This document shows positions 55,555 through 64,000 of a DNA stretch of 64,000 nt, one piece after another; the stretch's first letter is position 1; each line of letters opens with the position of its first letter. Both the position numbers and the translations under genes were made by a program. Under the pieces are notes generated by a model that was given only the letters and a program-made list of their open reading frames with translations, was not told the DNA's origin and made no database searches. Source of the DNA: Rebecca billardiae RCC1528 (lineage: Eukaryota > Protista > Haptophyta); assembly GCA_965240325.2 (NCBI GenBank), contig OZ251234.1, positions 124,001 through 188,000 of the forward strand. The letters are read 5' to 3'.

Positions 55555-56610
55555 ATGGGCTGCATGCTTGCGACGATGGGCTTGGAGAGGGTGTTCGTGC
55601 GGAACGACGCGAAGTGCAAGGAGGAACCAAAGATCACCATCGACAACGCGACCGACGTCGAAGTCCTCATCTGGGTCAACGGTGGCGGGCCGCTGGCGCG
55701 TGTCGATGCGCACTCGCGGATGGACGTGACCGCGCCGCGCCACCTCGCCGGCTCGCAGCAGCGCTGGAAGGCGACGTGTGCCCTGCTGCCCTGGCGCCAC
55801 GGTACCAGCGCAGAGCGCATCGCCATCGAGGTCAAGTCGTGGCAGTTCAAGCCTCGCCAGGTGGGCACAAAGGACGCGCGCACCCTAACGATCGCGCATG
55901 CGTGCGGCATGACGGTCCGCGAGCTGTCCGTCGTCGTGTCCGCGCAGCGCGCGTTTCGCGGGCGGAGGTTGGAGCGCAAGATTGCCGCGGCAGAAGCGCT
56001 CGCCAAGGCGCGCGCCGCCGCCGCCCTCACCATCCAGGCGCGCGCGCGCGGCCGGCTGGCGCGCGCGCGCGCACCGTGCCCGATCTGCCTCGAGGAGATG
56101 CCGTGGCTGGCGATGGGCGCGCCGGCGCGCGGGAGCAAGTGCCACCGCGTGTGCAGCGCGTGCGCGGCGCAGTACGTGGACACCTCTCTCCGCGAGGGCC
56201 GGCTGTACGTCCGCTGCCCCGGCGGCGACTGCTCCACCCTCCTCTCGCCGGCCGACCTGAGGCGGCTCTCGTCCGCACGCGCGTTCGAGCACTACACGGA
56301 CGCGCTCGCGGCGACGCACGCGGGGCGGCTGCTCGAGGAGGGGGACAAGTCGTTCGTCGGCTGGTGCCGTGAGCACGCGCGCCAGTGCCCGGCGTGCACC
56401 GTTGTCATCTGGCGTTCCGTCGGCTGCGACAGCATGATGTGCCGCTGCGGCCGCGCGTTCAACTGGTCGTCCGAGGAGGCGCAGATCAAGGTGGGCAACG
56501 CTGAGCGCGCAGACGGGGCGGCCGAGGGCAACGAAGAGAAGACGATGACCCAGGCGGCGCGCACGGTGGTGCCCCGCATGTGCGCTGCGCGGCCCGCGGC
56601 GAGTGCCTGA
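55555..56610 (+). CDS. IQ-motif + RBR-like (RING1/RING2) E3 ubiquitin ligase
   Basis: IQ-like AQRAFRGRRLERK and IQARARGRLAR. RING1 CPICLE...CHRVCSAC...VRCPGGDC. RING2-like RQCPACTVVIWRSVGCDSMMCRCGRAFNW. Confidence 0.82.
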   Translation: MGCMLATMGLERVFVRNDAKCKEEPKITIDNATDVEVLIWVNGGGPLARVDAHSRMDVTAPRHLAGSQQRWKATCALLPWRHGTSAERIAIEVKSWQFKPRQVGTKDARTLTIAHACGMTVRELSVVVSAQRAFRGRRLERKIAAAEALAKARAAAALTIQARARGRLARARAPCPICLEEMPWLAMGAPARGSKCHRVCSACAAQYVDTSLREGRLYVRCPGGDCSTLLSPADLRRLSSARAFEHYTDALAATHAGRLLEEGDKSFVGWCREHARQCPACTVVIWRSVGCDSMMCRCGRAFNWSSEEAQIKVGNAERADGAAEGNEEKTMTQAARTVVPRMCAARPAASA

Positions 56611-57573
56611 AAAGCCCCATCGTGATTCCCGCTCGCTTCGAATAGCACGACGCGGCCCTTCGCTGATTCGCGGCCGGCGCGTTTAGTCGGCGTCATCGTC
56701 AGGGCGGCGACGATGATCAGCTATAGCATAGGCTTCGATCATGCTCATCAGACTGAATCAGAGTCAGCATCGCGTCATCACATCATCCGATGACATGATC
56801 CGCGCCGGTCATCGTCAATAGTTCGTCACGACTCGAGACGTAGTTACACGATAACGACGACTCGTCCGTCCGATGACGGTTATTGACGGGCGTCGCCACC
56901 GCGGGACCCGGCCGCCCGACGCTGACCGGCTGGCGAGTGGCGGGCTGTCGTGGCCGATCACGCATGCCTGCGCTAAATAATGATACCGATCGAGCGAGTC
57001 CTACCGACAGTACCGCGTCTACGACTACGCTGACTGACTGAGAGTAGCACGGATGACGACGAGTGTACTTGGCATCGATCTATATATATTCTATCTGATT
57101 ATATAGTATATATTCTATATATATGATATACTATTGTCTATTACTATATATATCTGAATGCAGCAGTGACTGAATCTGATTGGACGCCGTGTCCCGCGGC
57201 GGCGTCGGGCCGCTGTCTGTGTCTGACTCTGACTCTGACCGACTGCTGCTCGGATGATATGTGTGAGTATGTGTCGTCGGAGTGTGACGGCTCCGGCTCC
57301 GGTCCAACCCCCCCCCAGCTCCGTTACGTCTTGGCCCCGAGCCGAAGGCACTTTCCGGTGGCGGCCCGCGGCGGATTCCGGCCATTCCGCGGCGGCCGCG
57401 CGCGGCCATCCGCGAGATAGTGATCCTGCCGTGACTTGAGAGTCTTGAGAGAGAGAGCTCTTGAGTAGAGACGTCGAGGGTCTGTGCGCATCCGCGTCGG
57501 GCATGTTGCCCGGCGCCACCACTGGAGACTGGGCCCGCGCGCGCCGCGCGTCGCAGACTCTAAGCATACGCGG

Positions 57574-59565
57574 TTATGCTGACGACGATGCAGATGATCC
57601 GATGACGACCTCATCGGTGGGGCGCTCGGATGGCGATGCCGGCACGACGGTGGCGACGCTTTTGCCGCTTGCCGCGTACAATGATGATGGCCGCTTCCGG
57701 TCGCGCTGCAAGGCCTGGTCGTGCGTAGGTTGCGTCTGCGCCGGCGTGGCAGGGGGTGTCGACGCTGCTGTAGCACCCGCAGCGGTCGCCTGCGATGCAA
57801 CGACGTCAGCACGGGTGTCGCTCTCCTGGCCGGCTCGCTCGGCGCCCGCCTCGCTGGGGGAGGGCTGCGGATCCGAGCCGCTCCCGCCGCGGCTGCTCTG
57901 CGCTTGGCGCCCGGGGCCCGTGCCCCGCAAGCCCAGGGCCAGGCGGGCACCGCCTGGCCCTTGGCGGATCGCCGACTCCCACTGCGGCAGCCGTGCGTGG
58001 CTCGACTGCTGCAGGTGAGCATCCACCGTGACTTGCGCGCCGGGGAACAGGCCGACTTCCTCGAGGCTGTCGCGGATGAGCTGGCTCAGCACGAGCTGCA
58101 CGCGCCGCAGCGGCCCGGCGGGCACCTTGCGCAGCCCGATCGGCCGGAACGAGCCCACCTGGCGCGCGCACGGCCGCGGCGGCGGCGGCGGTGGCGGCAG
58201 CGGTGGCGTCAGCGGCGCGGCGGGCGGTGGGCGTGCGCGCGCCACGGCGCGGCACGCGCGCACGCGGGCGAGGCGCGCGGGGCGCCGACGCGCGCGCACG
58301 TTGACGTAGGACAGGGCGACGCGCGCGTGGAAGTAGGGCGGGATCGCGAGCACAAACGCCAGGGGCGAGAAGTAGGCGAACGTGATGCCGAAGGCGAGGA
58401 GGACGGCGGCGAGATTCCAGCGCATGTGCAGCCGCAAGCGCCGCGAGAGGCGCAGCACGAGCTGCAGGGGGAGCTGGCGCGTGGCGCGGCGCACGCGCTT
58501 CTCGGCGAGCGCGCAGAGCACGAGCAGCACCAGCGGCACGATGGTGCTCGCGAACAAGATGGCGGCGGTGAGCACGCCGAAGCGCAAGTTGACGAGCGTG
58601 CTGAGGCCGGGGGCGACCGCGAGCAGCAGGGAGATGGCCGTGGCCGCGAGCACCACCGGCGCGCGGCTGCAGTCGGCGGCGCTGACGACGACGGAGGCGA
58701 TACCCGAGAAGCCCGCCGCCGTCGAGAAGTAGTGCAGGAAGAGCGCCGTCGAGATCGTCGAGAGCGCCAGCCACAGCAGGTACACCTGGTAGTTGGCCGC
58801 GGTGGGCAGCAGCCCCGACGCTGCGGGCGTGGGGCAGATCGCCATCACAAAGGCGAGGAGGTTGGTGAGCACCTCGAGCGCGTGGATGACGTGGATGGCG
58901 GAGTGGAGGCTGAAGCCACCGTCGTCGCGCACGAACGCCCACAGCCGGCACGCCGCGAGCTCCACGACCAGCAGCGCGTGCAGCCCGAGCGCCGCCTGCC
59001 ACACGAAGAAGAGCGGAGACGTGCGGTACGGCTGCCACGGGTCGGCGGAGGGCTCGAGCGAGACGCGCACGGCGGCGCCTGCGACGAGCGCGCGGATGAC
59101 GGGCTCGAACGGCTTCGCCTCGATCTCCACCGACGGCGGACGCGCGAGCGCGCGCGAGTCGCCCGGGCTGTGGTCGTGGCGCTTGAGCCCAGGCACCACG
59201 TTCAAATACGACATCTGCCACGCGGCCCAGCCGGCGGCTCCGAGCTGCCCAGCGGCGCGCGCGTACTGCTCGCGTGAGCAGTACATATAGCTCACACCCT
59301 CAGACACCATGAACGCGCCTCGCAGCCGCGCGGGCTCGTCGCCGACGTATCGTGGCGGGCACGGCTTCGTGTCCCACTCATCCGCACGCACATACACAAG
59401 CGGCGCGTCGGCGAGGGCAAAGCGGTCGGGCGAGAAGGCGAACGGCACTGCCAAGACCGACACGCCCACTAGCTCGGGCGGGCCAGATGTCACGACGAGC
59501 TGCGCACGTGCTCCCACGAGCGCGCACGCCGCCACGCAGACAGAGAGGAGCTCGCGGGGGCACAT
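57574..59565 (-). CDS. Signal peptide + PA-like ectodomain + ~7 transmembrane helices (GPCR-like topology); exons 59565-58300, 58158-57574
   Basis: Hydrophobic leader, PA-like CPP..LRGAFMV..CSREQYARAAGQLGAAG..PPSVEI..VRVSL, then successive hydrophobic segments and a Ser/Thr-rich tail. In-frame intron 58299-58159. Confidence 0.7.
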   Translation of the reverse strand: MCPRELLSVCVAACALVGARAQLVVTSGPPELVGVSVLAVPFAFSPDRFALADAPLVYVRADEWDTKPCPPRYVGDEPARLRGAFMVSEGVSYMYCSREQYARAAGQLGAAGWAAWQMSYLNVVPGLKRHDHSPGDSRALARPPSVEIEAKPFEPVIRALVAGAAVRVSLEPSADPWQPYRTSPLFFVWQAALGLHALLVVELAACRLWAFVRDDGGFSLHSAIHVIHALEVLTNLLAFVMAICPTPAASGLLPTAANYQVYLLWLALSTISTALFLHYFSTAAGFSGIASVVVSAADCSRAPVVLAATAISLLLAVAPGLSTLVNLRFGVLTAAILFASTIVPLVLLVLCALAEKRVRRATRQLPLQLVLRLSRRLRLHMRWNLAAVLLAFGITFAYFSPLAFVLAIPPYFHARVALSYVNVRARRRPARLARVRACRAVARARPPPAAPLTPPLPPPPPPPRPCARQVGSFRPIGLRKVPAGPLRRVQLVLSQLIRDSLEEVGLFPGAQVTVDAHLQQSSHARLPQWESAIRQGPGGARLALGLRGTGPGRQAQSSRGGSGSDPQPSPSEAGAERAGQESDTRADVVASQATAAGATAASTPPATPAQTQPTHDQALQRDRKRPSSLYAASGKSVATVVPASPSERPTDEVVIGSSASSSA

Positions 59566-60860
59566 CTTGATGATCGGTTGACGCAGCCCACCCGCCGTGG
59601 GTCGCTCGTCGTCACGCACGTACCATACCGGCCTTGACGCACGCATCCGCACGGTTCGCGCGTGGCTTCTATATTCATTTCGCTCTCATCGGCCACATAT
59701 TCACTCTCTTTCACCCGATTCTCGATGATGAATACGGAGGGGTTTGGGATGATTGGGGATTTGGGCGTCATATACTTTCAATGAACCTCGTGGACTCGTG
59801 GACTACACTGGACTCGTGGTTTAACCAGAAAATCTATGGAACAACATATTGGCGGTTCATCAAATTCTATGATTTAATATGGGTTGGCGCTGCGCGTCAA
59901 CTTGGGCTGGAAACCTGTTTCTGAAACGCATGATGGCACGCCGGGCCGGTAGCTCGAGCTCGGAATTCCGACGCTGCCAACGGCGCCACAGGGGCGCAGC
60001 GGCGGGGCTGACGACGCGCGCGCGTGTGCACGTCTGACCACGGAGTGCGCGCTGCAATAACTGGCCCGTCCGCAGCACCACGCCCCGCGCTGTGAGTGAG
60101 AGTGTGGCCCGCGCCCAAGCGAGAACGCGGGCCGGGCGGCACTCCGCCGACCTCGCCGTCCGCCGACCAGCCCGCAGCCGCCTGCTGCAGCTCGTGGAAC
60201 ACGCAGTCGCGCGCTCGCGCGTGGAGGGCGGACCTGCGCGTATGCGCCCGCCGGGCTTGCCGCTTCATCCGCTGGCACCGCAGTGCAGGTCGAGCCGTCC
60301 GCCGCCCACCGAGCCGGCGCCACGCCTCGCGCTCGTGCTCGAGCTGAGGCGGCGCGTGTCGCCGGAGCCGGCGGGTTCGCGCGCGTGCGCGTGGTGGGCA
60401 GCCTCGCGCGTGCGCCCGCCGCGCGCCCCGCGTCGCTCGCTTGGCGCCGCACGCGAGCCGCTCGTCGCGCGACCGAACGAGACGTCAATCAAGGGCGACC
60501 CTTGGAATGGCGTGGGCTCTCCGCCTGTCGTCCTTCACGGGCCGTCGTCCGACGCGAGGCCGCTCGAGGTTGCTCCGATGCACATAGTCCAATGCAAGAT
60601 GATACCCGCGTGCCGCTATCAGCGCGCCCTTTCGCTCGTGAAATGTCTAGCGAGAATGTGACGGTTCGTGCGAATGTGAAGTGTGAACTCGCGACACGAC
60701 GAATAATGGGCCGATGCGATTCGCGCGAATGTGAGTACGCAAAGCGCCGAACGACGAGCGGTTCTTGACCGAACGACGAGCGGTTTTTGTCCTATCGAAC
60801 GCGTAAGTGGGTACGCGAATTGCGCTTATGTGACCGACAGACGACAGATCTGTGGCCGTG

Positions 60861-62597
60861 TCACACAGCCCCCGTGCCGGCAAGGATGGCCTCGCGCAGC
60901 TCGCGCAGCCGCGCCGCCTCGCGCCCGTCCCCGGCGCCGAGTGGCAGTGTGACGGCGCAGTGGAACGCACCGCCTCGATTGCTCGCGCTGAACCGGGAGC
61001 GACGGCCGGCCGCGGCGGCGGCTGCGGAGGGTGCGCGCGGCGCATCCGGCGGCGCGCGCGTTGCGCCCGCCCCGGACGCCAGACTGAGCGCGAGCGCGAG
61101 CAAGAGGGCAAAGGCGCCCACCGCGCCCACCACCGCGCGCCCGCCGCCGCGTGGGCCGTGCGCGCCGCGCACTGCGGCACTGCGCCCGGCTGTGCCCGGG
61201 CGCGGCGGCTCCCAGCTCGACGCGAGGCGCGCGTGCGCGCCGTCGGGCGCGGCGGCGAGCGAGTCGCGCTCGGCGATGCGCACCATCGCGCCGAGGGGCC
61301 ACGCCATCTCGAAGCCGTGCACGCGGCTCACGGCGACGAGCACGCCCACCTCGCCCTCCGCCGCGCCGCGCGCCCCGCTGCCGCCCACCGCCCCGCCGCC
61401 CGCCGCGTCGGCCGCCGCGTCGGCGCGCTCGAGCCCCGGCGCGCCCGGCGGCGGCGGCCCGTCTGGGAAGCCGTACCCCGTGCGCAGCAGGGCGACGGTG
61501 TACGCGCCGAGGAAGCACGGGTGGATCTCGCGCGCGAGCGCGGGGCGCAGGTACGCCAGCTCGGCCGCGGGCCGCGCGCACGCCGCCCGCGCCAGCCGCT
61601 CGATCTCGCCGAGCGTCACGCGCTCTCGGCCGGGCAGCTCGGTGCAGTTGCGCAGCGCGGCGACGCCAAGCGCAAAGTTGTCGAGCAGGTAGACAGGCCA
61701 CTGCGCGGGGGCGGGGAGCGCCGGCGCGGGGCGAGCGCCCGCGCGCCGCTCGGCCTCGGCGAGCCCGCGCACCAGCTCGGCGAGCAGGCCGAGGCACGCG
61801 TCGTAATCGCCCGCGCCCGCGATCGGCGTGCCGTCGGCTGCGAGCGCCGTGCGTCCGCGCTCGACGCACGCGCCGATGCGGTGGGCGAGGGGCGCGCGCA
61901 GCGTTCGGGCGTACGCCTCGTTCATGCCGAGGCCGAGCAGCGACGCGCCGATCACCGCCGGGCCGTTGCGCAGCGATGCGTACGCCGCCCGGCCGTCGTC
62001 GGACGCCTCCGGCGTCGCTGCGAACGCGAGCTGCGTCGACGCGCCGCCGAGGTCGGCGACTGCGACGGAGCGGCCGTCGCGCGTGGCGGCGGCGGCGCCG
62101 AGTGCGACGTTGACGGCGATCCAGTCGTACAGCGCCTCCTCCTCCCCGGGGATCACGCGCACGTCCGCGACGCGCAGCGGCGACGCGTCGAGCTGCGCGC
62201 GCACCGCGCGCAGCACCGCGGCGCGCAACGGCTCGTCCAGTAGACGCATGCCGCCCGTGGCGAGGAAGTGCGCGCGCACGGCGTCGGGCTCGTCGACGTG
62301 CGCGCAGGCGAACGAGATGAGCGGGGCGAGCGACGCGGCGGCCGCGGCGGCGCCGCTCGCCAGCGCGTGGCCGGACACGCCCGGCACCACGTCGCGCGTC
62401 GCGACCTCGCGGATCGTGCGCACCGGGTCGGCGCGCGCCCAGCGGAAGACGTGCACGCGCGAGCCGCTCGAGCCCGCGTCGATGATGACGCCGGAGCGCC
62501 AATCGTCCACGTCGGCGGACGCGCCGGCGGGCGCGGAGGTCACGCCGGAGGCGCCAGCGAGGGCCGCGAGCGCGGCGAGCGCAGCGCGGCGAGCCAT
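60861..62597 (-). CDS. GDA1/CD39 family nucleoside-triphosphate diphosphohydrolase (apyrase)
   Basis: ACR1 IIDAGSSGSRVHVF, ACR2 ATGGMR, ACR3 GEEEALYDWIAVN, ACR4 DLGGASTQ and ACR5 WPLG. Signal peptide and C-terminal TM present. The extreme 3' end is uncertain. Confidence 0.92.
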   Translation of the reverse strand: MARRAALAALAALAGASGVTSAPAGASADVDDWRSGVIIDAGSSGSRVHVFRWARADPVRTIREVATRDVVPGVSGHALASGAAAAAASLAPLISFACAHVDEPDAVRAHFLATGGMRLLDEPLRAAVLRAVRAQLDASPLRVADVRVIPGEEEALYDWIAVNVALGAAAATRDGRSVAVADLGGASTQLAFAATPEASDDGRAAYASLRNGPAVIGASLLGLGMNEAYARTLRAPLAHRIGACVERGRTALAADGTPIAGAGDYDACLGLLAELVRGLAEAERRAGARPAPALPAPAQWPVYLLDNFALGVAALRNCTELPGRERVTLGEIERLARAACARPAAELAYLRPALAREIHPCFLGAYTVALLRTGYGFPDGPPPPGAPGLERADAAADAAGGGAVGGSGARGAAEGEVGVLVAVSRVHGFEMAWPLGAMVRIAERDSLAAAPDGAHARLASSWEPPRPGTAGRSAAVRGAHGPRGGGRAVVGAVGAFALLLALALSLASGAGATRAPPDAPRAPSAAAAAAGRRSRFSASNRGGAFHCAVTLPLGAGDGREAARLRELREAILAGTGAV

Positions 62598-63022
62598 GCA
62601 GGAGACGCGGTCCCAGCCGACGACGCGCCGCGCCCAAGCTGCGCGCCAGCGCTGCCTCTCGGCCGCCCAGGCCAGAGCGGCTGGAATTTATTCGACGCGC
62701 GAAAATCTGCCACAGAGCCACAGAGGCTCCCGAGCAGACAGATGCGCCTGCAAACTGAAACTAGCGTGGTGTCAGAGCGCGCTCTCGAGCGCGTGCCTCC
62801 GAGCGCGGGGCGGCCGCTTGCTGCAATGGCCGCCTCGATGAGGTGCGGCAACGCGCCCCTCACCTGCCTGCGCCGGTCTGTTTTGTGGCGGTGTCTTTGT
62901 GCAGTGTTGGATGGCGTCAATCACGCCTTAACCAAGTGTGCACGTTAAAACATAGTAAACTGTAGCACTACTAGCAGTGAGGAACAGTGAGCACGGTCCG
63001 AATGGCGCGCGAAGCATCGGCC

Positions 63023-63964
63023 CTAGTAGTATGCAGGCGCGGGGACGCGCTCGCTAGCGGCGTAGCCTTCGCCAGCCGAGTCTGCGTCACCGGGCCAAGT
63101 CAAGATCTTTGCGCGCTGCTGCGCGCGCCGCCAGCGCGCGCGTGGCCGCGCGCCGCCGCATGGCGGGCACGGCGCTGCGGCGCACGAGGCCCTGCGGCGG
63201 CCGGCGGCGTCGCCGCCTCGGAGCGGCGCGGCGTCGGCGACGAGCGCGCTAGCGGTGCGCAGCGAGCCGATCAGCGCCGCGCCGAGCGGTGGCGCGCCAC
63301 GCGCGCCAAAGTAGCGCGCGTACACGTGCGCGTCCGCGTCCTCCGCCGCGCGCCGCGGGGGCGCGAGGGCGTGCGCAGCCACGCCGCCCGGTGGCGTCGG
63401 TGGCGCGACGAAGGACGAGCCGGCGTAGTACGCGCGCAGCGTGCGCACGCGCACGAAGCGCGCGCGCTCGTACATGCGCACCGCGGGCACGTTGCCGCGC
63501 AGCACGTGCAGGTACACGCACGCGCACTGCGCGAGCGCGTGCGCCTGCGCGACGCAGTGCTGCAGCAGCGCGCCGCCCAGCCCGCGCCCGCGCGCGCGCG
63601 GATGCACGCCGAGCGTGAGGATGTAGAGCACGCGCTGGTCGGCGGCGGGTGCGAGCGGGGCGAGGCGTGTGAAGAGCCGGCCGTCCTGCCGCACCGCGTG
63701 CCGCACGTCGCCCACCTCCCACACGGCGATGCCGACCAGCACCTCGGCCACGCCGCCCGGCGTCCCTAGGCCGCCCTGCGCGTACGCGCCGATCGCGCTG
63801 TAGCCGCCGGCGGCGAGGCGCTGGTAGAAGGCGTCGTCAAAGGCGATCGGGAAGATCGCCTCGTGCAGCGCGCGCAGCACCGCCTCGGGCTCGCCCAGGC
63901 ACGGCCGCAGCGCGACCGACTCGAGGAGGCCGTCGTCCTCGCTGTCGTCCGCGGCGGCCTCCAT
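63023..63964 (-). CDS. NAA60: GNAT N-alpha-acetyltransferase, NAA60-like
   Basis: LHEAIFPIAFDDAFY, LYILTLGVHPRARGRGLG, VYLHVLRGNVPAVRMYE and LRAYY...DAHVYARY. Confidence 0.82.
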   Translation of the reverse strand: MEAAADDSEDDGLLESVALRPCLGEPEAVLRALHEAIFPIAFDDAFYQRLAAGGYSAIGAYAQGGLGTPGGVAEVLVGIAVWEVGDVRHAVRQDGRLFTRLAPLAPAADQRVLYILTLGVHPRARGRGLGGALLQHCVAQAHALAQCACVYLHVLRGNVPAVRMYERARFVRVRTLRAYYAGSSFVAPPTPPGGVAAHALAPPRRAAEDADAHVYARYFGARGAPPLGAALIGSLRTASALVADAAPLRGGDAAGRRRASCAAAPCPPCGGARPRARWRRAQQRAKILTWPGDADSAGEGYAASERVPAPAYY

Positions 63965-64000
63965 CGTGCAACGGCGGCAGGCAAAATGATGAAATTGGCT

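Overview
A very GC-rich (visually ~70-75%), gene-dense eukaryotic nuclear region with short introns. Composition, intron style and signal-peptide-led putative plastid presequences suggest a microalga with complex plastids, most plausibly a haptophyte (Pavlovales/Diacronema-like). This assignment is inference, not a database match. I can model about 24 host protein-coding genes: RPS17, an HMG-box protein, a USP deubiquitinase, V-ATPase subunit c, a FadE-type acyl-CoA dehydrogenase, SelO, two Myb paralogues, TIPIN, UMP1/POMP, DnaJ, XRCC2, a rhodanese, VPS18, an SDR, an SPX protein, an IQ-RING E3, a PA-domain multi-TM protein, an NTPDase, NAA60 and several unknowns. Many sit in tight head-to-head pairs. 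The most dynamic part is 29.8-41.6 kb. It holds a tandem Myb duplication; a very young, intact 3,462-bp copia-type LTR element (315-bp LTRs differing at 1 nt, CTCAG TSD) that encodes only an 855-aa Gag, with no pol and no canonical PBS; a perfect 49-bp palindrome; and two unrelated ~1-kb foldbacks, one upstream of each Myb copy. Unusual protein architectures include a signal-peptide + EGF-like SelO pseudokinase, a WW-like/methyltransferase/PhyH-dioxygenase fusion and an MGC-acylated IQ-RING1-RING2 protein. All gene models were spliced by eye and need RNA-seq confirmation.
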